Assembly: GCA_963717505.1 (NCBI GenBank) | Contig: OY970342.1 | Span: 3,936,001-4,000,000 of the forward strand | Source of the DNA: Candidatus Eiseniibacteriota bacterium | GTDB lineage: Bacteria; Eisenbacteria; RBG-16-71-46 | Length of the DNA: 64,000 nucleotides | Reading direction: 5' to 3' | Shown: one piece after another, positions 38,034 to 47,213 of the stretch | Position numbering within the stretch: the first letter of the stretch is position 1 | Layout of the letters: each line of letters opens with the position of its first letter | Made by a program: the position numbers and the translations under genes | Notes under the pieces: model-generated | Databases searched by the model: none | Seen by the model: only the letters and a program-made list of their open reading frames with translations | What the model was told of the DNA's origin: nothing

Positions 38034-39735
38034 TCAGCCGGCCGTAGGTGTGACCGGAACGCCCTCGGCCGGCGGCAACGCGAAGAAGAACGTGCTGCCC
38101 TGGCCCGGCGTGCTCTCGACCCAGATGGTACCGCCGTGCTGCTCGACGATTCCCTTGCAGATGACCAGGCCGAGTCCCGTGCCTCCGGCCTGCCGGGTGA
38201 GCGATGAGTCGATCTGCGAGAACTTGCGGAACAGTTTGCCGAGATCCTGCGCGGCGATGCCCTCGCCGTGGTCGCGGACGGACACGTGCACCGAGGTCTC
38301 CGCAGGCACGACCCGGACCTCGATGCGGCCGTGAGCGGGCGAGAACTTGATGGCGTTCGAGAGCAGGTTGGTCAGCACCTGGCCGATGCGGTCGGAGTCG
38401 ATGACCACGTCGGGCAGCGATGATTCGACGTGCAGGTCCAGCGTCAGCGACTTCTCCTCGAGCAGGGTCGCCATGGACTCGGCCGCCTGCGACAGCACCG
38501 GCTCGAGGCGCTGGCGCTCGAGGTTCAAGCGCAGGGACGCCGACTCGAGCTTGGAGAAGTCGAGAATGTCGGAGATCAGCAGCAGCAGGCGCTCGGTGTT
38601 CGCGTGCGCGATGGTCAGCAGCTTGTGCTGCTGCTCGGTCTGCGGGAAGAAGCGCTCGTCCGCCAGCAGCTCGACCGCGCCCTTGACCGAGGTCAGCGGG
38701 GTGCGGATTTCGTGCGACACCACCGCGACGAACTCGGACTTCAGGCGGTCCAGGCTCTTGGTGTGCTCGTAGAGCTGGGAGTTGCGGACGCTGACCGCGG
38801 TCTGGGCCGCGAACAGCGCGAGGAAGTGCTGGTCGTCGTTGGTGAAGCCGGTCTCGCGGTTGAACACCGCCAGCACGCCGAGCACCCGCCCCTCGGCGAT
38901 CATCGGCACGGCGAGCAGCGAGCGATACCGCAGCCCGGGCAACCCGGCGCTTCGTGGTCGACGCCCGCCTCGGCCGCGATTCGGACGGTTCGGTGGTCGG
39001 TGAGCGCCGGAGCCAGGACGCTGTCCGGCATCACCACGGGCAGCGTCGTGCGGTCGGGCTCGAGCCCGCCGACGCCGTGCCACGCGGCCGCGCGGGACTC
39101 CCCCGACTCATCGTGCGCCAGGTAGACGACGGCCGCCTGCGCGCCGCTCAGCTCGGCGCTGCGCGCGCAGATCATCGACAGGCGCGGCGCCAGCTCGAGG
39201 TTGTAGCCGATCTCCCGACCCAGGTCGTACAGCGCTGCAGCTGCGTGGTCGCCCGACGGACGCGCTCCTTGAGCTCGTGCTCGTGCCGCTCGAGGATCTC
39301 GTTCTTCTCGCGCAGCTCCTCAACCAGCCGCCGGTTCATCTCCTCGAGCCGCCGGTTGGCGATGCCGCGTTCGACGATCTGCTCCACCTCGTCGAGCTCG
39401 AACGGCTTGGTGATGTAGTCGAAGGCGCCCTGGCGCAGCGCGTCGATGGCGGTCGCGGCCGACGCGTGGCCGGTGACCACGATGACCGCCGACTTCGTGT
39501 CCAGATCCTTGGCCACCCGCATGACCTCGAGGCCCGACATGCCCGGCAGGTTGATGTCGGTGAGGATGATGTCGGGACGCAGTTCGGGCAGGAGGCGCAC
39601 GGCGTCGCGCCCGTTGTAGGCGACGGTGACGCGGTGACCGAGCCCGGCCAGCAGCTCCTCGAGGACCGCCGCGACTTCGACCTCGTCGTCGACCACCAGG
39701 ATGCGGGCCGACCCTGTCTCGGAAGCCTGGGCCAT
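38034..39735 (-). CDS. Hybrid sensor: receiver-GAF-histidine kinase (frameshifts)
   Basis: ILVVDDE/LTDINLPG receiver; GAF (LLAVPM); SHEIRTPL, NLLSNAIKF, GTGLGL. Confidence 0.88.
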
Positions 39736-39746
39736 CGCGCGTACCG

Positions 39747-40706
39747 TCAGTGGAGCGCCGAGGGCGCGGCCGCGACCACGCGCCGGCGGCCGCCCTTCTT
39801 CGCGAGCCCGACCGCGCGTTCCGCGGCGCTCAACAGGTCGAGCGGCTCGGTGCCGTCGCCAGGGCTCGCGGCCACCCCCGCGCAGGCGCTGATCCGGCCC
39901 GCACGAGGGAACCGATGCTTCTCGATGGCGCGCTGCACGCGGTCGGCACAGCGCACCGCCGATTCGCGGTCGGTCTCGGGCAACACGATCGCGAAGTCGT
40001 CGCCCCCGAGTCGCGCGACGATGTCGGTCTCGCGCAGCGCGAGCTTCAGCACCAGCGCGACTTCGGCGAGCACAGTGTCTCCCGCCTTGCGCCCATACCG
40101 TTCGTTGATCGCGGCGAAGTGATCGAGGTCGATCACCAGAACGGACACCGGCAGGCCGTGGCGGCGCGCGCGCGCCAGCTCCTCCTGGAGTCGCGCATGG
40201 AACGCCCCGGCGTCGGGCAGCCCGGTGAGCGAATCGCGTCCGGGCATGGTGCGCAGCCGCAAGAGCTCGAGCCGGGCGCCGAGGGCGGCGCCGAGGGCTC
40301 CCGCGGCGGTGCGAATCAGGGTCAGCTGCGAAGGCTGCCAGGCACGGCCCGGACGCGCGATCAGGTCGAGCGTTCCAACGCGCTCCGTCCCCCGCATCAG
40401 CGGCACGCTCAAGCAGCCGCGCAGATCCCCGGCGGCCGTGCGCCAGGCGCCGCGCGCGCACCAGGGTTCGATCGCACCCGAGGGCCCGATCGCGTGCAGG
40501 GCGACGCCGTCGCAGTCGAATGCGCGAATCAGCGACATCAGCGCCCGCTGCAGCGATCGCGGCTCGGCCGCGGGCGAGAGCATCGCCTCGCACGCCGACC
40601 ACAGGAACTGGGACGCGCGCCGGCGGTCGACCGCGGTATCGGGCGTTCCGGCGTCGCTCCTGCGCGTCGCGAGCCCGTCGCCGCCGGTGGGCGGTGCTGC
40701 GGCCAA
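39747..40706 (-). CDS. GAF-like plus GGDEF domain protein (GGDDF, RxxD I-site); start uncertain
   Basis: DSLTGL, DLDHF..IN..YG..AGD, RETDIVARLGGDDF. Confidence 0.85.
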   Translation of the reverse strand: MAAAPPTGGDGLATRRSDAGTPDTAVDRRRASQFLWSACEAMLSPAAEPRSLQRALMSLIRAFDCDGVALHAIGPSGAIEPWCARGAWRTAAGDLRGCLSVPLMRGTERVGTLDLIARPGRAWQPSQLTLIRTAAGALGAALGARLELLRLRTMPGRDSLTGLPDAGAFHARLQEELARARRHGLPVSVLVIDLDHFAAINERYGRKAGDTVLAEVALVLKLALRETDIVARLGGDDFAIVLPETDRESAVRCADRVQRAIEKHRFPRAGRISACAGVAASPGDGTEPLDLLSAAERAVGLAKKGGRRRVVAAAPSALH

Positions 40707-40716
40707 CGACGCCCGG

Positions 40717-41001
40717 CTACGCCGCGCGCGACTCGGAACCGTCGGCGTGGAGCCGCGCTTCGACGACGCGAAGACGCGCCATTGCGTTTTCGATCCGTTG
40801 CGTCTCACCCAGCACCACCTCCAAGCGTGTGCGAAACGCAGGGTCGCTCGCCGCCGAATCGGCCAACAGCAAGCGGATCTGCCCCCGCAAGCCTGCCAAT
40901 GCGTTCAAGACTTCGCTGTGGATGCTGATCGCCGAGGTCGCCGCCCAGGCGGAATCGCCGGCATCGGCGCCGGGGACTCCGACCCGCGACTTCCGCTCCA
41001 C
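40717..41001 (-). CDS. Small protein resembling a stand-alone HisKA (DHp) helix pair
   Basis: IHSEVLNALAGLRGQIRLLL...ETQRIENAMARL; overlaps the fliA tail. Confidence 0.45.
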   Translation of the reverse strand: MERKSRVGVPGADAGDSAWAATSAISIHSEVLNALAGLRGQIRLLLADSAASDPAFRTRLEVVLGETQRIENAMARLRVVEARLHADGSESRAA

Positions 41002-41819
41002 GCGCCGTTGCTGTTCAACGCCTTCTGCAGCCGCAGTCGCAGCCGCGCCATCGCCCGGCTGTGCACCTGCGACACGCGCGACTCCGAGATCCCGAGTGCC
41101 CGTCCGATCTCGTTCAGCGTCATGTGCTCGTAGTAGTAGAGCGCGACCACCAGCCGCTCCTGCTCGGGCAGCTGGTCGAGGGTGCGCAACATGACCCGGC
41201 GACCCTGCTCTTCCTCGAGCCGCGCCTCGACGTCGACCGCGTGCGGATCGGCGAGATGGTCGCCGAGGGTCGACGGCTCCTGGTCGTCGCCGGGGCGGCT
41301 CTCGTCGAGCGACACCAGCACCGCGCCGCGGACGTGGTCGAGCAGCCGGTAGAAGTCGGTGCGCGTCATCTTCAGTTCTCGGGCGACTTCCACCTCGGAG
41401 GCTGCGCGTCCCAGCTTCTGATCGAGCTTGCGGGTTACGCCGTCGAGGTTGCGCGCCTTGCGACGCATGGAGCGCGACACCCAGTCGAGCGCGCGCAGCT
41501 GGTCGAGCACGGCGCCCTTGATCCGCCACACCGCGTAGGTCTCGAACTTGACGCCCTTGCCGGTGTCGAACTTCGCGTGGGCGTCGAGCAGTCCGAGCAC
41601 GCCGGCCGAGTAGAGATCCTCGTGATCCACGTTCTTGGGCAGCGTCGCCGCGACGCGCTCGACCACGTGCCGGACCAGCGGCGCGAACCGGCTCAGCAGC
41701 TCGTCCTTGGAATAGGTCACGGGCACCGACGCCGGCGCGCTGCGATTGGCCGGCTTGCGCACGACTCGAATGGGGGCACGGGACCGGGTGGTGGAGCTGA
41801 CGGGGACGGGGCGTGGCAT
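40905..41819 (-). CDS. fliA: FliA/WhiG-family sigma-28 factor
   Basis: DLYSAGVLGL, KFETYA.WRIKGAVLDQLRALDWVSRS, LYYYEHMTLNEIG..LGISESRVSQVHS. Confidence 0.93.
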   Translation of the reverse strand: MPRPVPVSSTTRSRAPIRVVRKPANRSAPASVPVTYSKDELLSRFAPLVRHVVERVAATLPKNVDHEDLYSAGVLGLLDAHAKFDTGKGVKFETYAVWRIKGAVLDQLRALDWVSRSMRRKARNLDGVTRKLDQKLGRAASEVEVARELKMTRTDFYRLLDHVRGAVLVSLDESRPGDDQEPSTLGDHLADPHAVDVEARLEEEQGRRVMLRTLDQLPEQERLVVALYYYEHMTLNEIGRALGISESRVSQVHSRAMARLRLRLQKALNSNGAWSGSRGSESPAPMPAIPPGRRPRRSASTAKS

Positions 41820-41831
41820 CGTGCCTCCCTG

Positions 41832-42744
41832 CTAGGCCAGGAGCCGGCGGGATTCCACCGGTTCCTGAATCGAGGGCTCAGGCTCGGGTGTCCCCCACAG
41901 CAACGCCGCCATCGCCGGTAGGCGATCGCGGCCGGAGACCGGGGAAACGCCGTGAGCACGGGCTCCTGGCGGCGCACGGCCCGCGGGACGCACGGGTCGT
42001 ACGGCACGGAGCCCAGGAACGGAACGTCGAGCTGCAGGAAGCGGCGCGCGACGAGTCGGATGCGGTGCGCGGTCTCGTCGGCCTCGTCCGGCGCCGAGGC
42101 CATGCTGACCACCAGGTGCGGCGACCGCTTGAGTCCCTGCTGGTGGAGCAGCTTGATCAACGCGTAGGCGTCCGAGAACGCGGGCATCTCGGGGGTGGTC
42201 ACGACCACCACGTCGTCGGCCGCCAGGCACAACGAGACCACCGTCCGACGACGCCGGACGCGAGGTCGAGGAGCACGAGGTCGGCGTCGCCGGCCAGCGC
42301 GCCCAGGGCCCGCAGCACCACCTCGCGCCGGAAGTCGTCGAGCTCGGCCAGCTCGGGAGCACCCGAAGCCGCGGGCACCAGCGTCACGCCGCGCCCGGCC
42401 GGCAGCACGATCTCCTCGATGCTGCGCTCGCCGTTCAGCACGTGCTGCAGGTCGTAGCGCGGGTGGACGCCGAGCAGCAGGTCCAGGTTGGCTTGCGCGA
42501 AATCGGCGTCGACCAGCAGGACGCGCGCTCCCTGCTGACCGAGCGCCACCGCGAGATTGGCGGCCAGGTGGCTCTTGCCGACGCCGCCCTTGCCGCTCGC
42601 GAACGCGATGGTCGGCACACGTGGGCGCCGCCAGCTGGCCGGATGCAGGGCCGGTTCGCTCTCGGTGGCGCCCTCGGCGCCGAGCACGACCCGCAGGGCG
42701 TCGGATCCGGCGTTCGCAGTGTTGCGGCCGCGGTGGCGCTTCAT
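41832..42744 (-). CDS. flhG: FlhG/FleN (MinD-like) ATPase (frameshifts)
   Basis: ASGKGGVGKS, DADFAQANLDLLLG, PAASG, VTTPE.PAFSDAYALIK, GSVPYD. Confidence 0.88.
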
Positions 42745-42983
42745 CGGCCCCACCGGGTGTCGCCCTCGTGCTCGGCCATCGTGTGCAGAGCGCCGACGAA
42801 CTCCCAGTACCGACGCTGCTCGCGGCACGACGCGAGCGGCCACTCGAGGCCGATCCGCGCGAGGCGCCGCTCTTCGTGTCGCAGGGTCTCGACCGCCGCC
42901 TGGATCGCGTAGCCGCGCTCGCCGGCGGTGGCGGGAATGACGCGCGACAGCTCGGCGCACGGGGTCAGCGCAGGACGCGTCAC
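42741..42983 (-). CDS. Hypothetical 80-aa protein
   Basis: Start and stop overlap both neighbours (4-nt coupling). Confidence 0.6.
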   Translation of the reverse strand: MTRPALTPCAELSRVIPATAGERGYAIQAAVETLRHEERRLARIGLEWPLASCREQRRYWEFVGALHTMAEHEGDTRWGR

Positions 42984-43261
42984 GACGCCTTCCGCAAACG
43001 CAGCGAGACGCGCGGCGCAACCTGAGCGCGCGGGCGCGCGGCCAACTTCAGCCTGGCGATCAAGGCCTGGTAGGAGCGCTCGAAGCGACGGACCGACATC
43101 CCCATCGCCACCGCCGCCTCGGCCTGGGTCAGGCGCTCGATCAGCACCAACGCCAGCATCGTGCGCTCGTCGGCGGTGTAGTGCTCCAGAGTCTCGGCTA
43201 CCGGACTCGGGCCGGTCGCGGCGCGGCCGCCCTGGATCACACGCAGTCGCGGGCGCTTCAC
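42980..43261 (-). CDS. Small sigma region-4-like HTH protein
   Basis: GTG overlaps upstream stop; ERTMLALVLIERLTQAEAAVAMGMS resembles sigma region 4; LRVIQGG motif. Confidence 0.62.
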   Translation of the reverse strand: MKRPRLRVIQGGRAATGPSPVAETLEHYTADERTMLALVLIERLTQAEAAVAMGMSVRRFERSYQALIARLKLAARPRAQVAPRVSLRLRKAS

Positions 43262-43659
43262 GCCGCTCTCCGGGGACGAGAACGCATCTCGTCGGCGCGG
43301 TTCTGGCCGATTGCCCGGTACGCGGACTGGCGCAGCTGCTCGATTCGGAACGGTTTGGTGAAGCACTCGACGATCCCGACCCGCGCCAGCTCGGCCGGCG
43401 TTCCGGGAGTCGGATCGGCGGTGAGCAGAATCACCGGCTGCCGCCGGTCGCCGCGCTGCAGCTTGCGCGCCAGCTCGACGCCGCTCATTCCGGGCAGCCT
43501 GAGGTCGGCGATCACCAGATCGCTGTCGTGGTCCTCGAGCCAGGACCATGCATCCTCGGCGCTGCGGAAGACGTCGATGGTGAACCCGTCGTCGTTGAGC
43601 CCTTCGGAGAGGGCCCATGAAACGGTCGGTTCATCGTCGACGATCAGAATGTGCGGCAT
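43258..43659 (-). CDS. Single-domain response regulator
   Basis: ILIVDDE, IADLRLPG, ILLTA, TKPF. Confidence 0.9.
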   Translation of the reverse strand: MPHILIVDDEPTVSWALSEGLNDDGFTIDVFRSAEDAWSWLEDHDSDLVIADLRLPGMSGVELARKLQRGDRRQPVILLTADPTPGTPAELARVGIVECFTKPFRIEQLRQSAYRAIGQNRADEMRSRPRRAA

Positions 43660-43698
43660 CGGGTCGGGCTCCTGGGGTGGGAGGACGGAGCCCGAGGT

Positions 43699-43714
43699 TG
43701 CAGTCTGCGTGCCA
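43699..43714 (-). promoter_or_regulatory. sigma54 (-24/-12) promoter TGGCACGCAGACTGCA
   Basis: TGGCAC-N5-CTGCA with GG-N10-GC spacing, 40 nt upstream of the receiver-flhG-fliA operon. Confidence 0.8.
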
Positions 43715-43985
43715 GACCGTGCGCACGTGCGAAGTCGTGGCCGTATGACCCACGGTCGCCGCCCACGAGTGGCCGCGTAGGTGGCTGGCGGGCCGGGTCA
43801 TAGCTTTGGACGGGCGGAAGTTACGGTCGGCGGTGAGACCTGGTTCGAGGCCCGTGCGATGGGTCCCGCGAGGGGTCTCGGCAATGCACAATCGATCCGG
43901 TCGGGTGCAATCCGCCCGCCCAACCTCGTTGCGTCCGGGTCCGGCGACGAATGATTACTGGTCGCCCGGGATGCGAACTGCGCGG

Positions 43986-45421
43986 CTAGGTTTCGTCGTC
44001 GCCGGACTCGTCCGCCCCCTCGTCCAGCGCGAACTCCTTGAGCTTGGTGCGCAGGGTCTGTCGGGAGATGCCGAGCAGCCCGGCGGCCCGGGTCTTGTTG
44101 CCGCCACAGACCTCGAGCGCGTGCTCGATCGCCATGCTGCTCGATCTCGGCCAGCGGCCGGACCGACCCTCGGGGAATACCTCGCCGCGCGACGCGGATG
44201 GGCCGGGACGCTTCCGGCCGGTGATCTCGGCCGGCAGGTGCTCGAGGCGGATCTCGTCGTCGGCCCTGCCAGCTCGAGCAGCACGACGCGCTCGATCACG
44301 TTCTTGAGCTCGCGCACGTTGCCGGGCCACGCGTATTCAGACAGGGCGGCGAGGGCACCGGGGGCGAGGCGCGCCGGCGGCCGTCCGAGCTCGCCGCAGA
44401 AGCGCGCGATGAAGTGCTCGGACCAGCTCGGCCACGTCTCCGGCTCGCTCGCGCAGCGGCGGCATCTCGATCGGCACCACGTTGAGCCGGAAGTAGAGGT
44501 CCTCGCGGAACCGGCCCTCGTCGACCAGCTTCCGGAGGTCGCGATGGGTGGCCGCCACCACCCGCACGTCGACGCGTGATGTCGACGCTGCCGCCGACGC
44601 GGCGGAACGTCCGCGATTCTCGAGCACGCGCAGCAGCTTGGCCTGGAGCTGCGGCGCCATCTCCCCGATCTCGTCGAGGAACAGCGTGCCGCGGTCGGCC
44701 AGCTCGAACAGCCCCTTGCGGAAGCGCTTGGCGTCGGTGAACGCGCCCTTCTCGTGGCCGTAGAGCTCGCTCTCGAGCAGCTGCTCGGGGATCGCGCTGC
44801 AGTTGAGGTCGATGAACGGTCCGGCCGCGCGCGCACTGCGATCGTGGAGGTAGCGCGCCATGAGCTCCTTGCCGACGCCGGTCTCGCCCTGGATCAGCAC
44901 GGTCGCGGTTTCGCTGCGCGCCGCGCGCTCGAGCCGCTGGAGCACGTCGCTTGAGCGCGGCGCTCTCGCCGATCAGCGTGCCGCCGCCACCGGCGCGCCA
45001 GTGCTCGACCTCGCGCTGGAGCCGCGCGTGCTCGAGGGCGGTGGTGACCACCGCCCCGAGCTGGTCGAGGTCGGGCGGCTTGAGCATGAAGTCGTAGGCG
45101 CCGAGCCGGGTCGCCTCGCACCGCGTGCTCGACGGTGCCGTGCCCGGTGAGCATGATCACCGGCAGCGTCGGGTCCTCCTCGCGCAGCGCGCGCAGGACC
45201 TGCATGCCGTCCTCGTCCCCGAGCTTCAGGTCGAGCAGCACCACGTCGACCGATCGCTCGCGCACCTGCGCCAGCGCCTCGCGCCGCCCGGTCGCCTCGA
45301 GCGGGGTGAACCCGAGGTCGCGCGCCCACTCGCCGATGCTGAATCGCAGCGAGCGCTCGTCGTCAACGACGAGGAGTGTGTGCGCGGCCTCGGTCGCTGC
45401 GGGAATCGCGTCTTTCGCCAT
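43986..45421 (-). CDS. NtrC-family sigma54 enhancer-binding response regulator (frameshifts)
   Basis: Receiver; [41 protein letters not shown]; Fis-type HTH. Confidence 0.92.
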
Positions 45422-46580
45422 GACGTTTCTCCACGGGGAAGTTGAGCAGCACGGTGGTGCCGCGACCTTCGCGGCTCGCGATCTCGATCGTGCCGCCGTG
45501 CTCCTGCATGATGGTCTGAGAGATCGCAAGCCCGAGGCCGGTGCCGCGTGCGGGCTTGGTCGAGAAGAACGGGTCGAACAGCTTGGATCGGCAGCGCCGC
45601 GCGGAATCCCGACTCCGGTGTCGATCACGCGCATCTGCTGGTATTCGATCCATCCGGGATCCCCGGCGCGCGCGCCTCGCACGGCGTCCGAAGCCCGCCG
45701 GCCCGGCCCGCGGTTCGGGCGGCGTCGCCGCGCGCGGCGCACCTCGTAGCGCAGGGTTCCCCCCTCGGGCATCGCCTGGATCGCATTGAGCGGTCACGTT
45801 GAGCAGCACCTGGGTCACGAGATCGCGATCGACGTGCACGGCCGGAAGCGCGCGGGGCGCGTCGACCTCGACCGCGATCCCGGCGTCGGCGACGGTCTCG
45901 GCGGTCAGCTCGCGCACCCGCTCGAGGCAGCTGGCCGAGCTCATGCGGGTGCCAGCTCGGGCGTGCGCGGGCGCGCGTACTGGAGCAGGCTGGTCACGAT
46001 GTCGGTCGAGCCGCGCCACCTCGTCGAGGATCACCCGGACGAAGCGCGCGCGTTCGTCGCGCGGCTCGAAGCGTCGCAGCAGCACCTGGGCGCTGGTGCC
46101 GATGCCGGCGAGCGGATTGCGGATCTCGTGCGCGACCCCGGCCGACAGCTGTCCGAGGGTCGCCAGGCGCTCGTGCCGGCGCAGCTCCTGCTGCATGCGG
46201 CGCTGCTGGGTCAGGTCGCGGAGCAGAAGCAACACCCAGGGCGGCCGGCCGATCCTTCGGCTCCGGATCAGGACCGGCGTCCCCGCGCCATCGGGGCGGA
46301 GCAGAACGGTCTCACGCTCGGTGCGCGCGGCGGCCCGCGCCTCCCGCACCGGATCGTCGCCGGGCACGACGGTGCGCACGAAGCTCGACCCGGGCTCGCC
46401 GAGCGCTTGGCGCGGGCGCAGCCCCAGCAGGTGCTGGGCCGCGTCGTTGACGGATCGGACGCGGCCGCGGGGATCGAGGACCAGGACCCCCGCCTCCGAG
46501 GTGCGCATGAGGATGCGGAGCGCCGACTCGAAGGGGAAGCCGGTTCGGGATCGACTCGCCGCAACGCTCGCAGGCGCCAT
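45363..46580 (-). CDS. Cytoplasmic PAS histidine kinase (frameshifts)
   Basis: PAS; AHEIRNPL; FDPFFSTK; GTGLGL; no TM. Confidence 0.9.
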   Translation of the reverse strand: MAPASVAASRSRTGFPFESALRILMRTSEAGVLVLDPRGRVRSVNDAAQHLLGLRPRQALGEPGSSFVRTVVPGDDPVREARAAARTERETVLLRPDGAGTPVLIRSRRIGRPPWVLLLLRDLTQQRRMQQELRRHERLATLGQLSAGVAHEIRNPLAGIGTSAQVLLRRFEPRDERARFVRVILDEVARLDRHRDQPAPVRAPAHARAGTRMSSASCLERVRELTAETVADAGIAVEVDAPRALPAVHVDRDLVTQVLLNVTAQCDPGDARGGNPALRGAPRAATPPEPRAGPAGFGRRARRARRGSRMDRIPADARDRHRSRDSARRCRSKLFDPFFSTKPARGTGLGLAISQTIMQEHGGTIEIASREGRGTTVLLNFPVEKRHGERRDSRSDRGRAHTPRR

Positions 46581-46624
46581 CAGGCCTCCTCGGGAAGTGG
46601 CGAAGTATCGCAGAGCCCGGCGGG

Positions 46625-46661
46625 AAAACGAAAGACGCCCGTCGCTCGACGCGACGCGCGC
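46625..46661 (-). terminator. Intrinsic terminator after csrA-flgM-like genes
   Basis: CGTCGC/GCGACG stem followed by TCTTTCGTTTT on the minus strand. Confidence 0.6.
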
Positions 46662-46679
46662 CTGGATGCTACGAGGACT

Positions 46680-46895
46680 TCAGTTGTGCTTGAGTTCTTC
46701 GATCACCGCCGCGACCAGCAAATCGCGAACCTCTTCCCGATCGTAGTGCCTTTCGGCGATACGGGTTTGGGCGACAGCCACCTTGGACCACCGAATCGCG
46801 GCCTCGACCGCTTCAGGTCGACTCGCCACTCTTCGGACGCGGGTCTTCACTCGGCGGTCCCTGCTGGCGACGGTTTTCTTCTTGGATCCGCGCAT
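46680..46895 (-). CDS. FlgM-like anti-sigma-28 factor (start may be GTG at 46850 or 46829)
   Basis: [35 protein letters not shown] fits the FlgM C-terminal R..KV....RI...Y pattern; downstream of a sigma28 promoter. Confidence 0.6.
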   Translation of the reverse strand: MRGSKKKTVASRDRRVKTRVRRVASRPEAVEAAIRWSKVAVAQTRIAERHYDREEVRDLLVAAVIEELKHN

Positions 46896-47037
46896 AGATC
46901 TCTTCGCGATGGACCTTGACCTCAGGCGGCGCTTCGATGCCAAGCTTTACCTGGCCCGAACGGACTTCGAGGACGGTGATCTTCACAGAATCACCAATCC
47001 TGATGTTCTCGCCTAACTTCCGTGTTAGGACCAGCAT
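46813..47037 (-). CDS. csrA: Carbon storage regulator CsrA
   Basis: MLVLTRK.GE.I.IG...[21 protein letters not shown]. Confidence 0.96.
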   Translation of the reverse strand: MLVLTRKLGENIRIGDSVKITVLEVRSGQVKLGIEAPPEVKVHREEIYARIQEENRRQQGPPSEDPRPKSGEST

Positions 47038-47088
47038 CGTCGCCCATCCTCCGCTCGGCACCCGGACATTGAATCCGGGACACGAGTC

Positions 47089-47115
47089 GTATCGGCCCTG
47101 GTTTCAAACGGCTTA
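47089..47115 (-). promoter_or_regulatory. sigma28 promoter TAAG-N15-GCCGATAC upstream of csrA
   Basis: Matches TAAA-N15-GCCGATAA consensus with exact spacing. Confidence 0.8.
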
Positions 47116-47154
47116 AGTGGACAATACCCGGAACTTAGACGGCCTTCAAAGACC

Positions 47155-47182
47155 TTGACTCCAGGGGGTCGTCGGCTAGCCT
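47155..47182 (+). promoter_or_regulatory. sigma70-type promoter TTGACT-N16-TAGCCT
   Basis: Consensus match upstream of the PP2C gene. Confidence 0.5.
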
Positions 47183-47213
47183 GCGCCGGGGGACCAACCC
47201 GGACCGGGGGGCC

